Shown: positions 12,848-26,855, numbered from the whole stretch's first letter. The stretch: DNA of 49,108 nt, filler included, from Sphacelaria rigidula (GCA_964200075.2; 3 parts of 3 records of this genome joined end to end with filler, not necessarily neighbours in it), one strand, 5' to 3'. Numbers and translations are program-made. Notes: generated from the letters alone by a model not told the origin.

Positions 12848-13382
12848 CCAAGGTTGTGTTCTGTAGGGTACGGGTTTCTGTATACCCGGGGTATTTTCCC
12901 GGGTAGTTACCGTACCCGACAGTTCTGTGACTTCTGTAATACTTCTATACCCGTACCCGGTAGTTCTGTAATCTCTGTAAGACTCCCGAACCGTTACAGG
13001 GGGGGGCACGGGTACGCTCTTGATAAGATACCCGATTGCGGGTACGGTTTTCTGTGCAACCTCCATACCCTTCCCAACAGTTTCTGTGAGTTCTGTAAGC
13101 CTCCCGTACCCTTATCCGACAGGTCTGTGAGTTTCATACAAAACCTCTACCCGTAGCCGGAGTGCGGGTATACTCTTGAAGGATACCCGATTGCCGGTAC
13201 CGGTTTTCTGTAAGCCTCTCATACCGTACCCGACAAGTTCTGTAATTTCTGTAAGACTTTCATCCAGTACCGGTACCCGACTGTTCTGTGAGCTCTGGAA
13301 GCCTCCCATACCTCTACCCGGGGTGAGGGTATACCGTTATGGATATACCCGATTGCAGGTATGAGCACAGGTATATACCTTA
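12848..13382. mobile_element. Family D MITE
   Basis: CCAAGGTTGTGTTCTGTA terminus with tandem ACCCGACAGTTCTGTGAG units. Confidence 0.7.
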
Positions 13383-14046
13383 GGGAGGCACGGATACAGG
13401 TTCAATCCAAACACAATCTCATGACCTGAACATGTACCTCCGATCGATCAACCCACCCAACTCCTTAATTCAAAACTGCACACCAACAATAATTCAATGT
13501 TGAACACCAACAATAATGCAATGTTGAAAAGTTTTGTAGGCCCTGGCGAGATACGAGGTACCGCTGAGTGGACACACGGAGTATGAGCAGCACTGCAGAC
13601 CGTCAGAATTGATCACCCCAGACTCGAGTGGTGACTCGAGCGGGGACGGTTCATCTGCGCCATCAGCGGATCAAGTAACAAGACGCATGTCATCGACGTT
13701 GATGGTGGTTATATCATGATCATCAAACCCCAGGCCGTTATCGACATGTACATCACAGAGTATGAGCTACCACCGAAAGTCGTCAGGGACGTCGGCGATT
13801 TTGTCGCATGCCGAACGGCTTCCGGAGAACGGGCAGCCGTGAATGCTCCTTCATGTACCCTCTGGGAGTGTACGTGAAGCCGATAGATGTTGACGATCCC
13901 ATGCACATGTACTACTATGATTGTGCGTGTAGTCTTTCTCTATCAACCCCGTGAAGCCGTTCAAAGTTTTCGTGAACTGTCATCTTTTGTATTTCGCCAC
14001 TGTTGTAGTGACGTAGTAGGTTCCACTACAGGGGTGATAATGATAA

Positions 14047-14558
14047 CAAGGTCGTGTTTTGGAGGGTACGACTTGCTGTATACCCGGGGTATTTTGCCGG
14101 GTATTTCCCGTACTCAACATCTCTGTAGACTCTGCAAGACCTTCATACCCGTACCCGATAGTTCTGTGAGTTCTGTAGGCCTCCCGTACGTTACCGGGGG
14201 GCACGGGTATGCTCTTGATAAGATACTCGGTTGCGGGTACGGTTTTCTGTGCAACCTGGTTTTCTGTGCAACCTCCATACCCTACCCGACAGTTTCTGTG
14301 AGTTCTGTAAGCTTTCCATACCCTTATCCGACAGTTCTGTGAGCTCTGTGCAAAACCTTTACCCTAAATAGAGGGGCGGGTATACCCTAAAGAGTTACCC
14401 GATTGCCGGTACCGGTTTTCTGTAAGCCTCCCATACCGTACCCGACAAGTTCTGTGACTCCGGTAAGACTTACATACCGGTACCCGACGTTTCTGTAAGC
14501 TCTGTAAGGAATCTCATACCCTACAGAACGTACCCGTACGTTACAGAACACAACCTTG
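14047..14558. mobile_element. Family D MITE, both TIRs visible
   Basis: CAAGGTCGTGTTTTG at the left end and CAGAACACAACCTTG at the right end. Confidence 0.75.
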
Positions 14559-16305
14559 GTATATTCCACCTGACAAATAGTGTAGTCACAAGAGTTTAGC
14601 CCTGTTTTGATTAATGTAGGAGCGATTCTCGCGTCAACGTTCCGGGTGGTATCATTTCAAAGTGGAACGCTTTTCGGCACCGATGCCCGACGCCCGATGC
14701 CACGACCTCAGTGTTTTCGGACGCCCATCATTGCTCCACACGGGATTGTATATCGGTGAAATGCAAATGTCAAATGTTCCAAACATATCGGTGGCTGCAA
14801 GGGTAACCACATATTTTTCGCAACAAACCAAGGCCCTGAACATTGAAGATAGGTGGTTTTGAAGGGGGTGTGGCGATATCTAGCGAATGTCGTACTCCTC
14901 TAATATCATATCTAGCAAAAATTACAGGATAACATCCCCACCCTAGCCCCAACGGCTCTGGCTCACAGAGATGTACGTGCCTGAGTATGTTATTAACAGT
15001 CTATCGCCGGAAGTTGTAGCACTGGTGGCTGGGGCGGCTGATCGAGTAGCCTCGCCATCAACAACAGAAGAAAGGCCGCTTGTCGCATGTCTGCCAAAGT
15101 AGCTCGACTCTCTATGGCTAAAACGGAGGCAGAGGATGAACGGTATCGCGCGACGAGCAACGGTAGAAACACAGTTCCCTGCTCCTCTGTGATTCTGAAA
15201 TATTTATAATGCTTGCATGCTGCTCTGTGCCGGCAGCTGCCCACATTTTCCCGATATCGTGATGGTTGCACCACTCATTTATCAACTTGTTGCTCTCCTC
15301 CAACCAATCATATTCCAGTGGTGCTTCATAATACACTTCTTGATTCGACCAATTCAATTATTTCGGCGGTGCACGCCGTGAGCTTGGTTCTCGATATCAA
15401 AATATGACATCATGCTACTCTTAGTCATCCCCGTGCCGTTTCCCCGCAACTCACTACTGCTTGTCGCAACGCTGAAACGTCTCGTCGTGGGGTGATATCG
15501 CAAGTTTCAGTCCAAGCGCAGCGTCGGCTCAAAAGGTAGTTGATGTTCCACAAGGGAAGCAGAGGCCACATGGCAACCTACATATGCACGCAAAAAGAGC
15601 GTATATCACTTGTGATAGCAGCTGGTGCAGGTCTTGGTATGTTGAACGTTTGAGTAATATGAAGCAGAAATTCACCCCTTCAGAGGGAGGGGAAGCGACG
15701 ACATGCCCTGCGTACCCAGAAGTTCAGTACGCCAATATCCTAGGTAGTTGCACCCTTGGTCACGCGGAAAGGTGCACGACCGATCACACTCGAGTCGTCA
15801 TTCATCCGATAAGTACCTAATTACCGTGCTTTTAAGACTGTAACGGCGAACTAGTGCCAGGTATCAATTACCGATACAAGGTAATTTACTGTATTGTTAA
15901 TCATGTATCGATATTATCGTTACCCATGCACAACGCTACAAGGAAGAGACAGCGCGTTTCCCAACTCCCGAACAAGTGAACGGTGAATCGTCACATCGCA
16001 GCTTCATCTCCCACAAAACAGAGTAGATGCCCCCACAAGACAGAGTAGATGCCCCCACAAGACAGAGTAGATGGATGCGTAGCTACCGCACGTGCACCAG
16101 CAGAACAATGCAACAGCGCCTTAACCCTTCAGGCGCCCTTGGATTGAAACCTTATCTCACGGTCATTTTTCAAGGGAGCATGTGTGCTGTCGCGCCCCGG
16201 TGGTCTGAGCGTCCATTTTCACCGTTGGATTGGGGGGGGGGGGGGGGGGGGGGGCTTTTTTTTTTTTTTTTTCTGGGTTGTTGGACTCGCCAAAAAAAAA
16301 GTAGA

Positions 16306-16405
16306 NNNNNNNNNNNNNNNNNNNNNNNNNNNNNNNNNNNNNNNNNNNNTTAATTAATTAANNNNNNNNNNNNNNNNNNNNNNNNNNNNNNNNNNNNNNN
16401 NNNNN
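16306..16405. other. Artificial contig-concatenation linker
   Basis: 44 N + TTAATTAATTAA (stops in all six frames) + 44 N. Confidence 0.97.
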
Positions 16406-16424
16406 TTCGGCGCGTCCCGCCGGG

Positions 16425-16470
<46 letters not shown>

Positions 16471-17887
16471 GGGAGGACGCTTGACTGTGACCAGTTTGGT
16501 TGTGCGCATGCGTGGTTTGGTGGAGAACTGCTCTGGAAATACGGCGTTATTTGTTGTTAAGCGTGGGCATGACACTTGTATGTTATATGCGTAGTATTAT
16601 CTCCCTGATGTATGTGTTTTTGGACCGACGTATTGTCTTTCGGTATCTCGGCTGTTTGTGTGATACTGCTGTAGTGTGGAGACTCGCTCTGTATGTATAC
16701 TCTTCGGGGTGGTGGTTAGCGAACTACCCATACTGACGCCACACTAGACAGACGAGGTATTTTCAACAGGGTTGCCGCCAAATTGAAATGAGTTTTTTCG
16801 TTTGCTCTAGCTTCCACCAATTTTTCATTTCGGTGTGGGCTTCCTCCCCTCCCACAATGTGTGCACACAGCTACACACATTGATATCCTACTCAGGGATG
16901 TCAGGGGCCTTCAGTGGCGAGCTACCACACGAAATGTGTGAGGCCTCGTATGAGGCCTGGGGGGGCATTTTGGAAGTGAAATTGTTTCAGGCATTATTCC
17001 GCCACCCTTCCTGGAAACCTGGGTTCCTAGATTCCTGCTAATCGATCGAGGACAACACAACATAAGTGCGCACTGTAATCATTCCACGACTGAGAGCTTT
17101 CATTCGAGCCGCTCCTCGCCTGACTCGGCTCCGTATTCCCCAAGAAACCACCAGTCGATGAAATAAGTATGGTTTCCCGTTCTCTGGGTTCTCGCTCTCA
17201 AATCAATCGCTGGACTCTCAACCTGGCGAAAATCCTCTTCGTCCTAGCGCGTCATTTCATGTATGCCTTCGAACCTTCGCTTTCATTCGCCGATTTGGGA
17301 GCCGGCTGTGCGGCGGTCAGACATATGTAGTAACCTTGAACTGACCTAAAGACGATTATATAGGATTGAGCAACCAAAAGCTGACATATTATGTTTCTTT
17401 GACATCGCGACGGGTCATTGGAGGGTTTCGGAAAACACTCCTCTTATTTCAGAGTGAAAATATCTCAGGATCAGACCGCAAAATAAAAAGAAATACGTCA
17501 TTGGAAAAAAATGATGGGTATACCACATTTGACTGAGGGGGGAATAATTTTTGGTTACACTACTATGATCCTGAGAGATTTGTACTCTGAAATGACAAAA
17601 AAAGAGCGTTTCCGAAACTCTCTACACTACACTCCTCGCAGTCGACGTACCAACGGGAGTAATATTTATGGGACGCGTGGTATGTACTGCAGGTTATCAT
17701 AACCTGCTGAAAGTACACCGGTGCATGAATTAATGAGAGGCGGAATGTTTTGATGGTTGATATGTCCTTATTCCCCTTCTTTCAATTCTTGGTTCAAGAA
17801 AACAGACCGCTCCCCAATATTCCCTCGTCTGTTTCAATCATTCATGGGAAACTCATGAAAATAACATCGTGTTTCTTCTAAATGTTA

Positions 17888-17984
17888 TTAATACTCGTAG
17901 ATGGATCTCAAACTCGAGGTTCCCGATATATTCGACTGTAAATTACCGGGAATCTCGAGTTTGAGACGCCTCTAATACTGTAAT
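17888..17984. mobile_element. Small hairpin MITE
   Basis: Inverted arms TCTCAAACTCGAGGTTCCCG and CGGGAATCTCGAGTTTGAGA with TA-rich ends. Confidence 0.6.
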
Positions 17985-18423
17985 AAGCTCAATCTCAACC
18001 AGAGGTTAGACTCAATCTCACCAAAACCTTTTTCACCCCGTAGTACACCACACGCTGAGTGCCACCCCTACAGTAGTCAGCGTCAAAAGTACGCAGAATT
18101 CGTAATTTCTTAGTTTCTCAAAGATTTTTCAAGAATGTTTCGCTTGCCACCACTTATCATCGTGACTGTTCGATGCCAAAAAATAGTCATCCGGAAATAT
18201 TTTATCCTATGTTGAAGGAAAAAATATCTGCGATAAAATTTGAGTGAGTTACGGGCTTAACCGATCTTCGGGGGTCCTGCGAAAGTGCAACCACAGGTTC
18301 TAGCTTTTCGGTATTTTCAATGGACCGACTCGAGCCCGATCATATTAGTGAAAGCTAAAAAAAAAGGGTCACTTTTTGGAAACTCCACCTATTCACTGCG
18401 CTGAATCCGGAAAACTATGTTTC

Positions 18424-18870
18424 TTGGACCATTCACGGTCAATAACACCCTCCTGATGAATGTGGTCTTTACTCCGTATCGCCCCCACAATACCAACTTG
18501 GGCATTGTGATTCGAGCACGGTCTGCTTATTTGCCAAAACTTTCGACCCTAGCACTTCCGAGTGCTCATGGCAAATGTTATTCGAGAAAAAAACGAAAAG
18601 AGGACATCCGCAGAAAATGCTAGACTGAGGTCTGCGCAGTGTAGGAGGGAAACACGATCTCAATCGTTATCGTGATGAATTGTATACATTTTCATTTATC
18701 TGAGTATTCACCATTTCGTTGCGAAAGAGTCGGAAAACTGTTTTAATTAGACCAAAAACGGTCAATAACACCCTCCTGATAAACGGGGTACGCAGTCTGT
18801 ATCGCCCCGAAAACACCGACTTGGGCACTGTCCTTCGAGCGCGGTCTACGCTTTCCCCCTAAATCTAACA
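18424..18870. repeat. Degenerate direct duplication, period about 325 bp
   Basis: CGGTCAATAACACCCTCCTGAT..GTATCGCCCC..ACTTGGGCA..TTCGAGC.CGGTCT occurs at about 18436 and about 18759. Confidence 0.7.
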
Positions 18871-20866
18871 ACGCTATCGCTTTCAAGTAGTAATAATGAA
18901 CAATGATACTCGAGAAAAACTCGAAAATTACAACAACTACGAATTTTGAAGACTTGTGATGCTGATCACTGTGCGTCGTGTTCATCATGTGGAATTATCA
19001 CCCGAAAACCAGGACAACAATAAAAACGCCTTCGCTCAGCGCTACTTGTATGGGCTTACAGACTCGGTGCCAGTCGCTGAAAGAATCCGACGCGCTCGAG
19101 AAGCATTCTTCGGCCGACAAAAAAATCAGGAGTCAGTCGATGATAGTCGCACGTGGGCAACATGACTCAGCAATCGACACGGAATCCCAACAAGATTGTC
19201 AACGAGGTTTCTTTTTACCCCTCTCCGTCGTATAACGCTCGAACCGAGGACTGACCAGGCGGATAGTGACATGTTGGGATGGCCTTTTGTTCGCGATGGC
19301 GTGACACGTGCGCTGCGGACACGTGATCCGGAATTAACCCTTTTAACCCTTTTGGTCCACCACTGGTTTCTACTGCAAGACTTCGTCAGCTGACGACCCC
19401 ACGAGCTTCAAACATGTATGTTCCCCCCCTTTACCCTTGTCCCGAGCCTTCTTCCTTAAACTACCACCAACTATTACGGTAGGTACGGCTCTTGCTTGGC
19501 ACCGAGTACTGGATCAAAGTAACAGCAGTAGTAGTAGACGGTAAAACCATGAAAAAAGCAGCCTTTCCCCTTCTTCCGGAGACAGACTTGACTTGAGGCA
19601 GGGGCGGTTTCAGCTGTACATAATAGCCAGGTAAGGCTTCCAAGAAAATAGTGTGTTGATTCTTCGGGGGGGTGGTGGGGAGGGGGTCGAACAACGTTTT
19701 CGCGAGGTTGAGAGTAAAGCGCTGATTGAGAGTGGCTTTGATCATTCGCTCCAGCTTGAGCCATTTTAAATTCGTGTGAGCCCTTATTCCTTGCCTTCAT
19801 CACCGGCGTTCGCGTACAGGCAGACGTTGATGTACTACATAAGGGTATCAAGTATCAAGGGCTTGAGTGGTGAGCACATAGTGCCTAAAGGAGGGGCGTT
19901 TAGAAACTGGAACGAGCCTTCCACTGCCTCGCCGCCTTCCATTCTCAATCGTATTCTTCACCACCGGTCGAAAATATTTTCGGGCACGGACCACCCCTCT
20001 CCCCCTCCCTGGGGAGCAATGTTGAGGAGACGGTCATCATCTCCGATGTCATCTCGTGATTCCGTGTGATTTCACGTTAAAAATATCCAAGGAAAGTGAT
20101 GAACTGCGCACACTCTGCCTCTGTCCGATTGCCACCAACCCGTTATCTTCCCATCTTGCTGCACTTGAATTTCACTTCACTGCTTCTACAGGAGTCGTGA
20201 CTCGTGCGGAACGAAGCCTGTCACGTCCCTTCCCTCGGATAGTGCTTCGTTCGCGCGATAATTGTTCAGAAACCCCGCCGTGTCCACCAAGCGTTTCACC
20301 AATGGCCTCTGAATATGTGACACAGTATGCACAAGTGCTTTCAGCGGTAACACGGTGATTCAGACGCCGTCGATAGTACGCCGAGAGATCATTGGGCGCA
20401 AGAAGTTCGACACGCTGGAGCCTGAAGTATACCAGTGGTGGTGGTGCTCGTCAAGGAAAAAGCTCCGGTGCTGAGGCGTAGCGTAGACTTTCCAGCGTAA
20501 TGACTTCGAGGCATAATATCGTCACTTGCCTCAAACCACAGCAAGTCGATATATTGAATTGCACCTCATTCCAGGCATACATCGCGCACGTGTTGAGATT
20601 TTTGGATACGCATCGCGTTTATTACACGCATATATCAAACGACACTATGGGCGTGCAAATAGCCTGTGACGTCTCATTCTCCACAAGTGTGACGGGGGTT
20701 GAGAGTTTCCCAATCAAGGGAAGAACGAACCCGCTCAACGATGACAGGGGATTGCACACTTCGTGCACCAACTACCATGAGTTTTGGCAGTGGCCTTCTG
20801 TGACCTGACTTTTTGTCGGCTCTCGCGCCATCATGACTCACTGGAGGGTGTAGCACAAATCACGTG

Positions 20867-21202
20867 TAACTGGGGCTGGAGATCATGAGAGTAGCGCGGC
20901 GCGTTGGACGGGGGGGGTTCAGTGGGTTCAGATCCCACACCGCCTCGAGCAGACCTTTCCGGAAGCTCAAGACACCTACCCTCTACGACCACCACACGTT
21001 GGTCTAGCCGAGCCTCAGGGTACTCGGCGCAATTTCCGTATAACTTGGGCTGAAGATCATGACAGTAGCGCGGCCTCTTGACCGGGGGGTTTCAGTGGGT
21101 TCAAATTCCACACCGCCTCGAGCAAAGCTTTCCGAAAGCTCAAAACACCTACCCTCCACGAACGCCACACGTTGGTCTAGCCGAGCCTCCGGGTACTCGG
21201 CC
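20867..21202 (+). repeat. Tandem dimer (period 174 bp) with a tRNA-like head; candidate tRNA-derived SINE
   Basis: Each unit has a T-arm (GTGGG-TTCAGAT-CCCAC at 20922-20938; GTGGG-TTCAAAT-TCCAC at 21095-21111) and ends in a GCCGAG..CTCGGC hairpin. Confidence 0.55.
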
Positions 21203-21606
21203 CACGAACCCGTGAGGAGTCGGATAAGGTTTCTCCCTCCAAGAAAAAATATTCACGCATGGGGAACAGGGAGCACACACGTATCTCGTGGGCAAACAAA
21301 CTTCGTGAGTGTCGAGTTCCGACCTCCGGTCGACCAGTGGACGCGTGCAACGACCCTGAATTGCTGCGTTCCATGTTTTTTATAGCTTCCCGTGCATTAT
21401 GGCGATTTTTTCAGGAGGAATAAACAGAAAAGCAGGAGCAAAACGAGGCGAACCTCGAAAGCCGTGTCACTTTGCAAACGCCAGCACAATAATTTGCGTC
21501 AGCCAACGTGACATGATCTTTACGCAACTCTACCCCCACCCTCCACTATCTCCTCCACGAAGGCGAGCATCAGCAGCATGCGATACCGTCATAAGACAGC
21601 AACGAT

Positions 21607-24600
21607 CTACGCTTGGTCAGCGTTCTCCGTCTGGAGACCCTTGATGCTCGCCACCTCCACGTGCTGGACAAGGGTGTAAAGCTGCGGCAAGTTCAAGGGA
21701 AGGCGCATGAATCGAGTCGAGAACGAAGACGGCGCGGGGGAATAGAGAAGGCAATGAACTATTTTTCGGCATGCTCATGAGATTGAGGTTAAGCTCGAGG
21801 ACTGGGAGACGCCATGAGACTTTAGTGAGGAAGGAATTCGAGTGTTAATGTCGGAGGAGAACGAAGTCACGCTCAGCAAAACTTGACACCTGCCACAAAA
21901 AGCAGGTTCTGGGACATGATGTCGGGAATCACCTCCCGATAAACGGTTTGGTGGGATCATTTCCTATTGATTTCAAAGATACGTATCTTCTTTATAACTG
22001 TTCAAGCCTTCTCGGATTTGATGCGACATGGGCGCATGCCAAAATACTCGTTCGAAACGGTGATGCGTGGCCAGTGTGGGACACCCGCTTGAACGATACG
22101 TTACTGGAAGGGCTGGCTTGAGTGAGCGAACCTCCCTCTGTTCTGTGGCTCAGGTGCCCTCAATTCGCCCGGCTAGGTTCTTTAGTTTGTTGATGATCTG
22201 ATCTGTACTATATTTTGAGGTCAGCTGTTGTGAAGGGAACCATCAAACGCTTGAAAGGGTGTGCGGTAAGAAATCACGATCTTGTCACATCACGTCGAAT
22301 AAAAAGGCAGCACGGGGACGTTCCATGCCTATTAATAAAATCTCGCTACCCATAAAATTATCTCACTTTTTAAAATTTTTACAAAAATTATCTCATTCTA
22401 GAAACCGTTACGACCCCAAACTATTAATGACAATGAAAAAGTAAATATCATCATAATAGTAGCCCAACCTAAACTAATAATATCCATGAATAGTAAAAAA
22501 TTATAATCAATATAGTGATCAATGTAGTATGTAGCCGAATCAGCTGTGGTGGATCCGTCTCTCCTGTCCACCATCATCTCTTCACCTTCTCCGTAGCCTC
22601 CTCGTCTTCGTTACGCTTGCGCGACAGACGGACACGCACTCGAGTGGGCACGTTGCGCACGCCCTTGGAGAATAGGAACTTGTTGAGCTTGGCGTCCACA
22701 CGCACATCACTGCAAGAAACAAAACACATTCAAAAATAAAACAAACACGTGTGATGCGCGACAATCAAACGACGGAAAGAAGAGCGGAGGGAGACACGCA
22801 ATCGTTAGATAGCTCACTAACCATACACGAGAATCCAGTACAACAAAAAAGATGGGACGGTGGACATGCTGGGAGGTTCTCCTTACACGATGCAACGATG
22901 ATGTCGGGCACACGAGGCCAAGGAACTAACCAAGCTCCTGCTCACCACGAGCGACAAAGATTGCACCAGGCAATACCCTCGCGGAAGGAAAGCGTCCACG
23001 GTTTGGACGAATCATCTCCGGTTCGAGTCACCAAAGCTATTACTATTGGAGGGTGATCGCTCGAAAGTGAGAAATAAATGACCGCTGGTCAAGCAGGTGT
23101 CCTCACTACATTCGTGTCATTTCACGTCCCTGGGCCGCGCGTACTAGGGTTGAAACGCTGAAAACAAAGCTCAAGGATTGATTCATCCGGTATAAAACAA
23201 TTCCACCGAAATCCAGTGATTTCCTGACGCACCAATAATTCACCGGACTCTTGATAACGTGCAAAGCGACCACGAGATTCAGGCCGGGGCGTTGAGGGCA
23301 TCCCATCTTTGATGATTCTTCTAGACGGACGGGTGCGGATAAGAGGCACCTCATTTCACACTGTCGACAGAAAAACTTTTCAGAGCAGATGTCGTGGATT
23401 GCCCAAGGCCTTTCCGAACTGCGATCAAGGTATTGTAGCTCGCGATCAGTGTCACACGTCCCGACCGTCTGGGACACGTTCGCGAGGTAAGATTCGGACC
23501 CTAGTATGGTCACGAAGGTCATCGTCAAACACAACTCGTGACGACAGTGGGCCCCCAGCTCTTCGCGACAGCTGTTTTCATAAGGTCTCATATCATCGCA
23601 TTGAGGATAGGTTTCGTTTGACGGTGGATTTTAGATAATGGTGGGCTCGAGGTCTTCTGTTCCGCGGATCTGGGCTGCCAGTACCGCAATTTTTTGGAGA
23701 ATGATCATCGTGCAAGCTTCTTAGGTATGACTAGCCGTCAGTGGGTCGCTACAGCAAAACGGCGTATTTTGTCTGTGGCTATTAGGAGTCCAGGGCACAA
23801 GTAGGACACTGTGTATCCAAAAAGTTCGAATGCTAGCGCCCGCCGATTCCCAATTCCTCACGCCAATATTTCTCCAACTTATACAGCATGAGCTTGTGTG
23901 TCAAACTCTCAATTACGATCTGCTCGTGTATCGATATGTCGTGCTTGTCCTGGTGCATCAGTCGTCGGGGGTCGAGAGGAGCTTTTCGGATACGCCAAAC
24001 TAACAAACCCCTTACAGCATGAACACTCTGATCAGCGACCCATATCACTCATCTGTCGAGAAACACCTGCGCGTCTGCATCATGTTTAGGTATCACTGCT
24101 GGTTCCATCACGACCCCTGTACTGTATTGCATAAATACTACCATCCTGGGACGGTCACATCACTGGGCCTCGACTTCCATGCACAAAACAATTCGACGTG
24201 ATTCATCCCGGTCAAACTCATCTCGAAGATTTGATCGAAGATTTGATCGGGTTAGAAGTTTGAGTCGAATTTGGAGCGGCGAGTAGGTACACGGATTTCT
24301 CAGTTTCGTGGTTTTTAGCATGGGGTGTTGTGGACCAAGACATGCAGCGCTCCTGGTGGAAGGCAGAATAGAAGGGAAGAATTTGAACCCAAAACGCAAC
24401 AGCCTTGTTGAGGATTCTTCGTAATCATAGGTTTAACCCTTCACTCGTGGTCAACTCTCATAAATCTCCCGAAAATAATGTGCTTGTCTCATGGTCTAGT
24501 GACATCAGTTTCAGACGTCTGACCACGTCCCACAGCCCAACTGCCAGGGTTTAGAGTACCCAGCCTCCACGCCCGCCCCAGAGAGCTTGCACTTTGAAGA

Positions 24601-26330
24601 AGAAAATGGAGTGTGCTGCAGAATTTCCTTGATTCGACACTCGTTCACGTCAACCTCTCACTGATTCACGAAAAAACTCCACGGATATTGCCAAAAATAT
24701 ATGACCTGTTTGTGTATTTTGTAGTGTTGACTGTTGCTCTTGCTTTGCAAGCTGTAGGACAGGATTGAACACTACCCCACACACTGGTGGCAGGTGCTAG
24801 GTGCTACCGATTCGTTATGACTTCTATCCAGGTGTTTACACAGTGGTACAGGGTGATTCGCCAATCCAACAAAGGGGTTGCACTTTCTTCCGATTGTCTT
24901 CCGTTGGGAACGCCATCAGTTTTCCATCATTCGGTGCCTCCCGGCACTTTTCATTTCCCGCCAGCTTTGCCAAACGGGGAAAATCGCGACTGCTTGAGCC
25001 TTCCAACATGCTCGAGGCAATCTCAAGCTCACGCGAAGGCGCACCTCGGAATCAACGCGCCGTCTGCGAGTTCGAGCACGGGACGATGTTTGAATTTGGC
25101 ACTTTTCACGGCTACGATCTCGACACGCGGTCAGTTGGAACTTCAGTGGTTTAATTTCCTTCTCCAGTCGCGTGCGATCTCACACATGTTCGAGATTAAC
25201 GTGGACACCGGGCCACTCCGGGTACGCAATCGGTCATCATCCACTGACCTGTGCGCTCACGTACCATCATCGTGAGGCATACAGGCGTGTATCGCCTGAA
25301 AGCCCACGATGCCGCCTCACAATCGAAGACGTAACCACGAGAGTGAGGAATTGGCTCTCACAAAGTTGAGAAGTTCAAGCAAGACGGACAGGGGTCACGA
25401 TGTCGATTTGTCGAGACAACGTGACTGCGCTGCACTGTGCGTATGGGAAGAGAGGACGACAGGGTTCACCAAGTCAGGAGCACATGGTGTCCACCTGCCA
25501 TGGCAATGCGTGACCGGAGAACACTTGATTGTCCAAACATTGAGCGAGCTCAAGCACAATCGAACAGCTACTAGCACCGTGCTGATTATGATTAGTACAT
25601 GTGCTGCGTATGGCCTCAGCTGCGACTACAGCCGTCAACTAAGGCCCGCTGTGCCATGCTGCTCTTATCCTGTAGTATACTGTACTGACGTCTACTGTAA
25701 TGTGTATCCGTGTCCTGTCCGTCCGGTGGGCAACAGGACATGTGCATTGATGATCCTCGCAGACCCGACTACACACAGTACCTCACCAGGGATCGCACAG
25801 CATCCTTTTCATCAATTCCGATCATAAATCTCCACATTACTCAGTACTAAGCAAGGCTCAGGTATCATCATGCTGAGGATGTTTGAAGCAACCCTCTCCC
25901 ACCAAGTCTGCGACCGAGGCTACTAAAAAGTTGTGGTGTTGATTTGGCGGGACTGTCAGGGCAGATGTAAAAACAAGTAAAAGCTGTGGGCACGAACACC
26001 GACCGAACACAAGCAGCATCAATTCCTCTAAGATCATCAAGGCACCATGATTGCCTCGGCATCGAAGCCGCACGTCTTTGTGAACTACAAGGCGCCTGGT
26101 GATATGTAGTCACAAGCAATGCCCTCAGGCCTTTCGTTTGCACTGCATCGAGGGAAAGCCAAATCAACATCCCCCACACACCTGGTCTTCATCATCTGCT
26201 GCGCAAACTTCTTGACCTCCCGCACGGCCCGCGGCGCGCGCTTTTTGAAGGTGACACCATACAACCTCTTGCTGAGGTGGATGGTGTAGTCGCGCGTGGC
26301 GAACTCGCTCGCCTTCTTGTCCTTCACCAT
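21607..26330 (-). CDS. RPL31: 60S ribosomal protein L31 (eL31), complete, 3 exons: 26182-26330, 22586-22709, 21607-21681; 115 aa
   Basis: Spliced translation [115 protein letters not shown]. It has the eL31 motifs FKKRAPRA and [12 protein letters not shown]. Both introns are GT..CAG, and the phases join in frame (149+124+75=348 nt). Confidence 0.97.
22997..23253. mobile_element. Family E MITE (~260 bp) in RPL31 intron 1
   Basis: TIR CACGGTTTGGACGAATCA-like. Homologs at 39002-39256 and 40957-41218. Confidence 0.7.
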
Positions 26331-26803
26331 GGCTGTACCGGCCTAGCTTCGGGGAGCTGAACTGGGGAGGGCAGGCGCGCAGGACCCGCCACACAGACCA
26401 GCCATAAAAATAAAAAATAAACGATCGGCCGCGCAGAGGCGTTGTGTCTACTTCAACATTCGCTCGAGTATGATTTTCATACCCGCAGTCACTGGAGGGA
26501 AGTGTCGAGCCTTTGCAGAGAGGGTACGGTACATACAGGGGTATTGTAGGGCAACGCGCTGTGTGGTCCTACGATAGGGGAGAAGGTTTACTCTGAGTTT
26601 TTTTATACGAAGGAGGCATTTTGAAAAGTCGCTACAGGAAGAAATAATGGATTATCTCACCAATCTAATGAAGTTAAAGTTTCGATTCAAACCACTTGAC
26701 GCCGTTTCCACCCACTAAACTCTTGCCACATACTCGTCTAGACGTTTATGATTTACTTGTGCGTGAGGAAACACACTCATGACCCCATTTTTCGTGTAAC
26801 CAT

Positions 26804-26855
<52 letters not shown>

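Noticed and set aside
16354..16575. Poly-Pro/Gly ORFs (also at 26715-27065)
   Set aside because: They are translations of G/C homopolymers and low-quality sequence next to gaps.
19970..20700. Protein-like minus-strand frame with stops (ITVLPLKALVH..DTAGFLNNYRANEAL)
   Set aside because: There is no recognisable motif or splice structure. It is probably old TE sequence but cannot be assigned.
21945..21975. GGATCATTTC resembling U3 snoRNA box A
   Set aside because: It is antisense to the host gene, and no other U3 boxes follow in the right arrangement.
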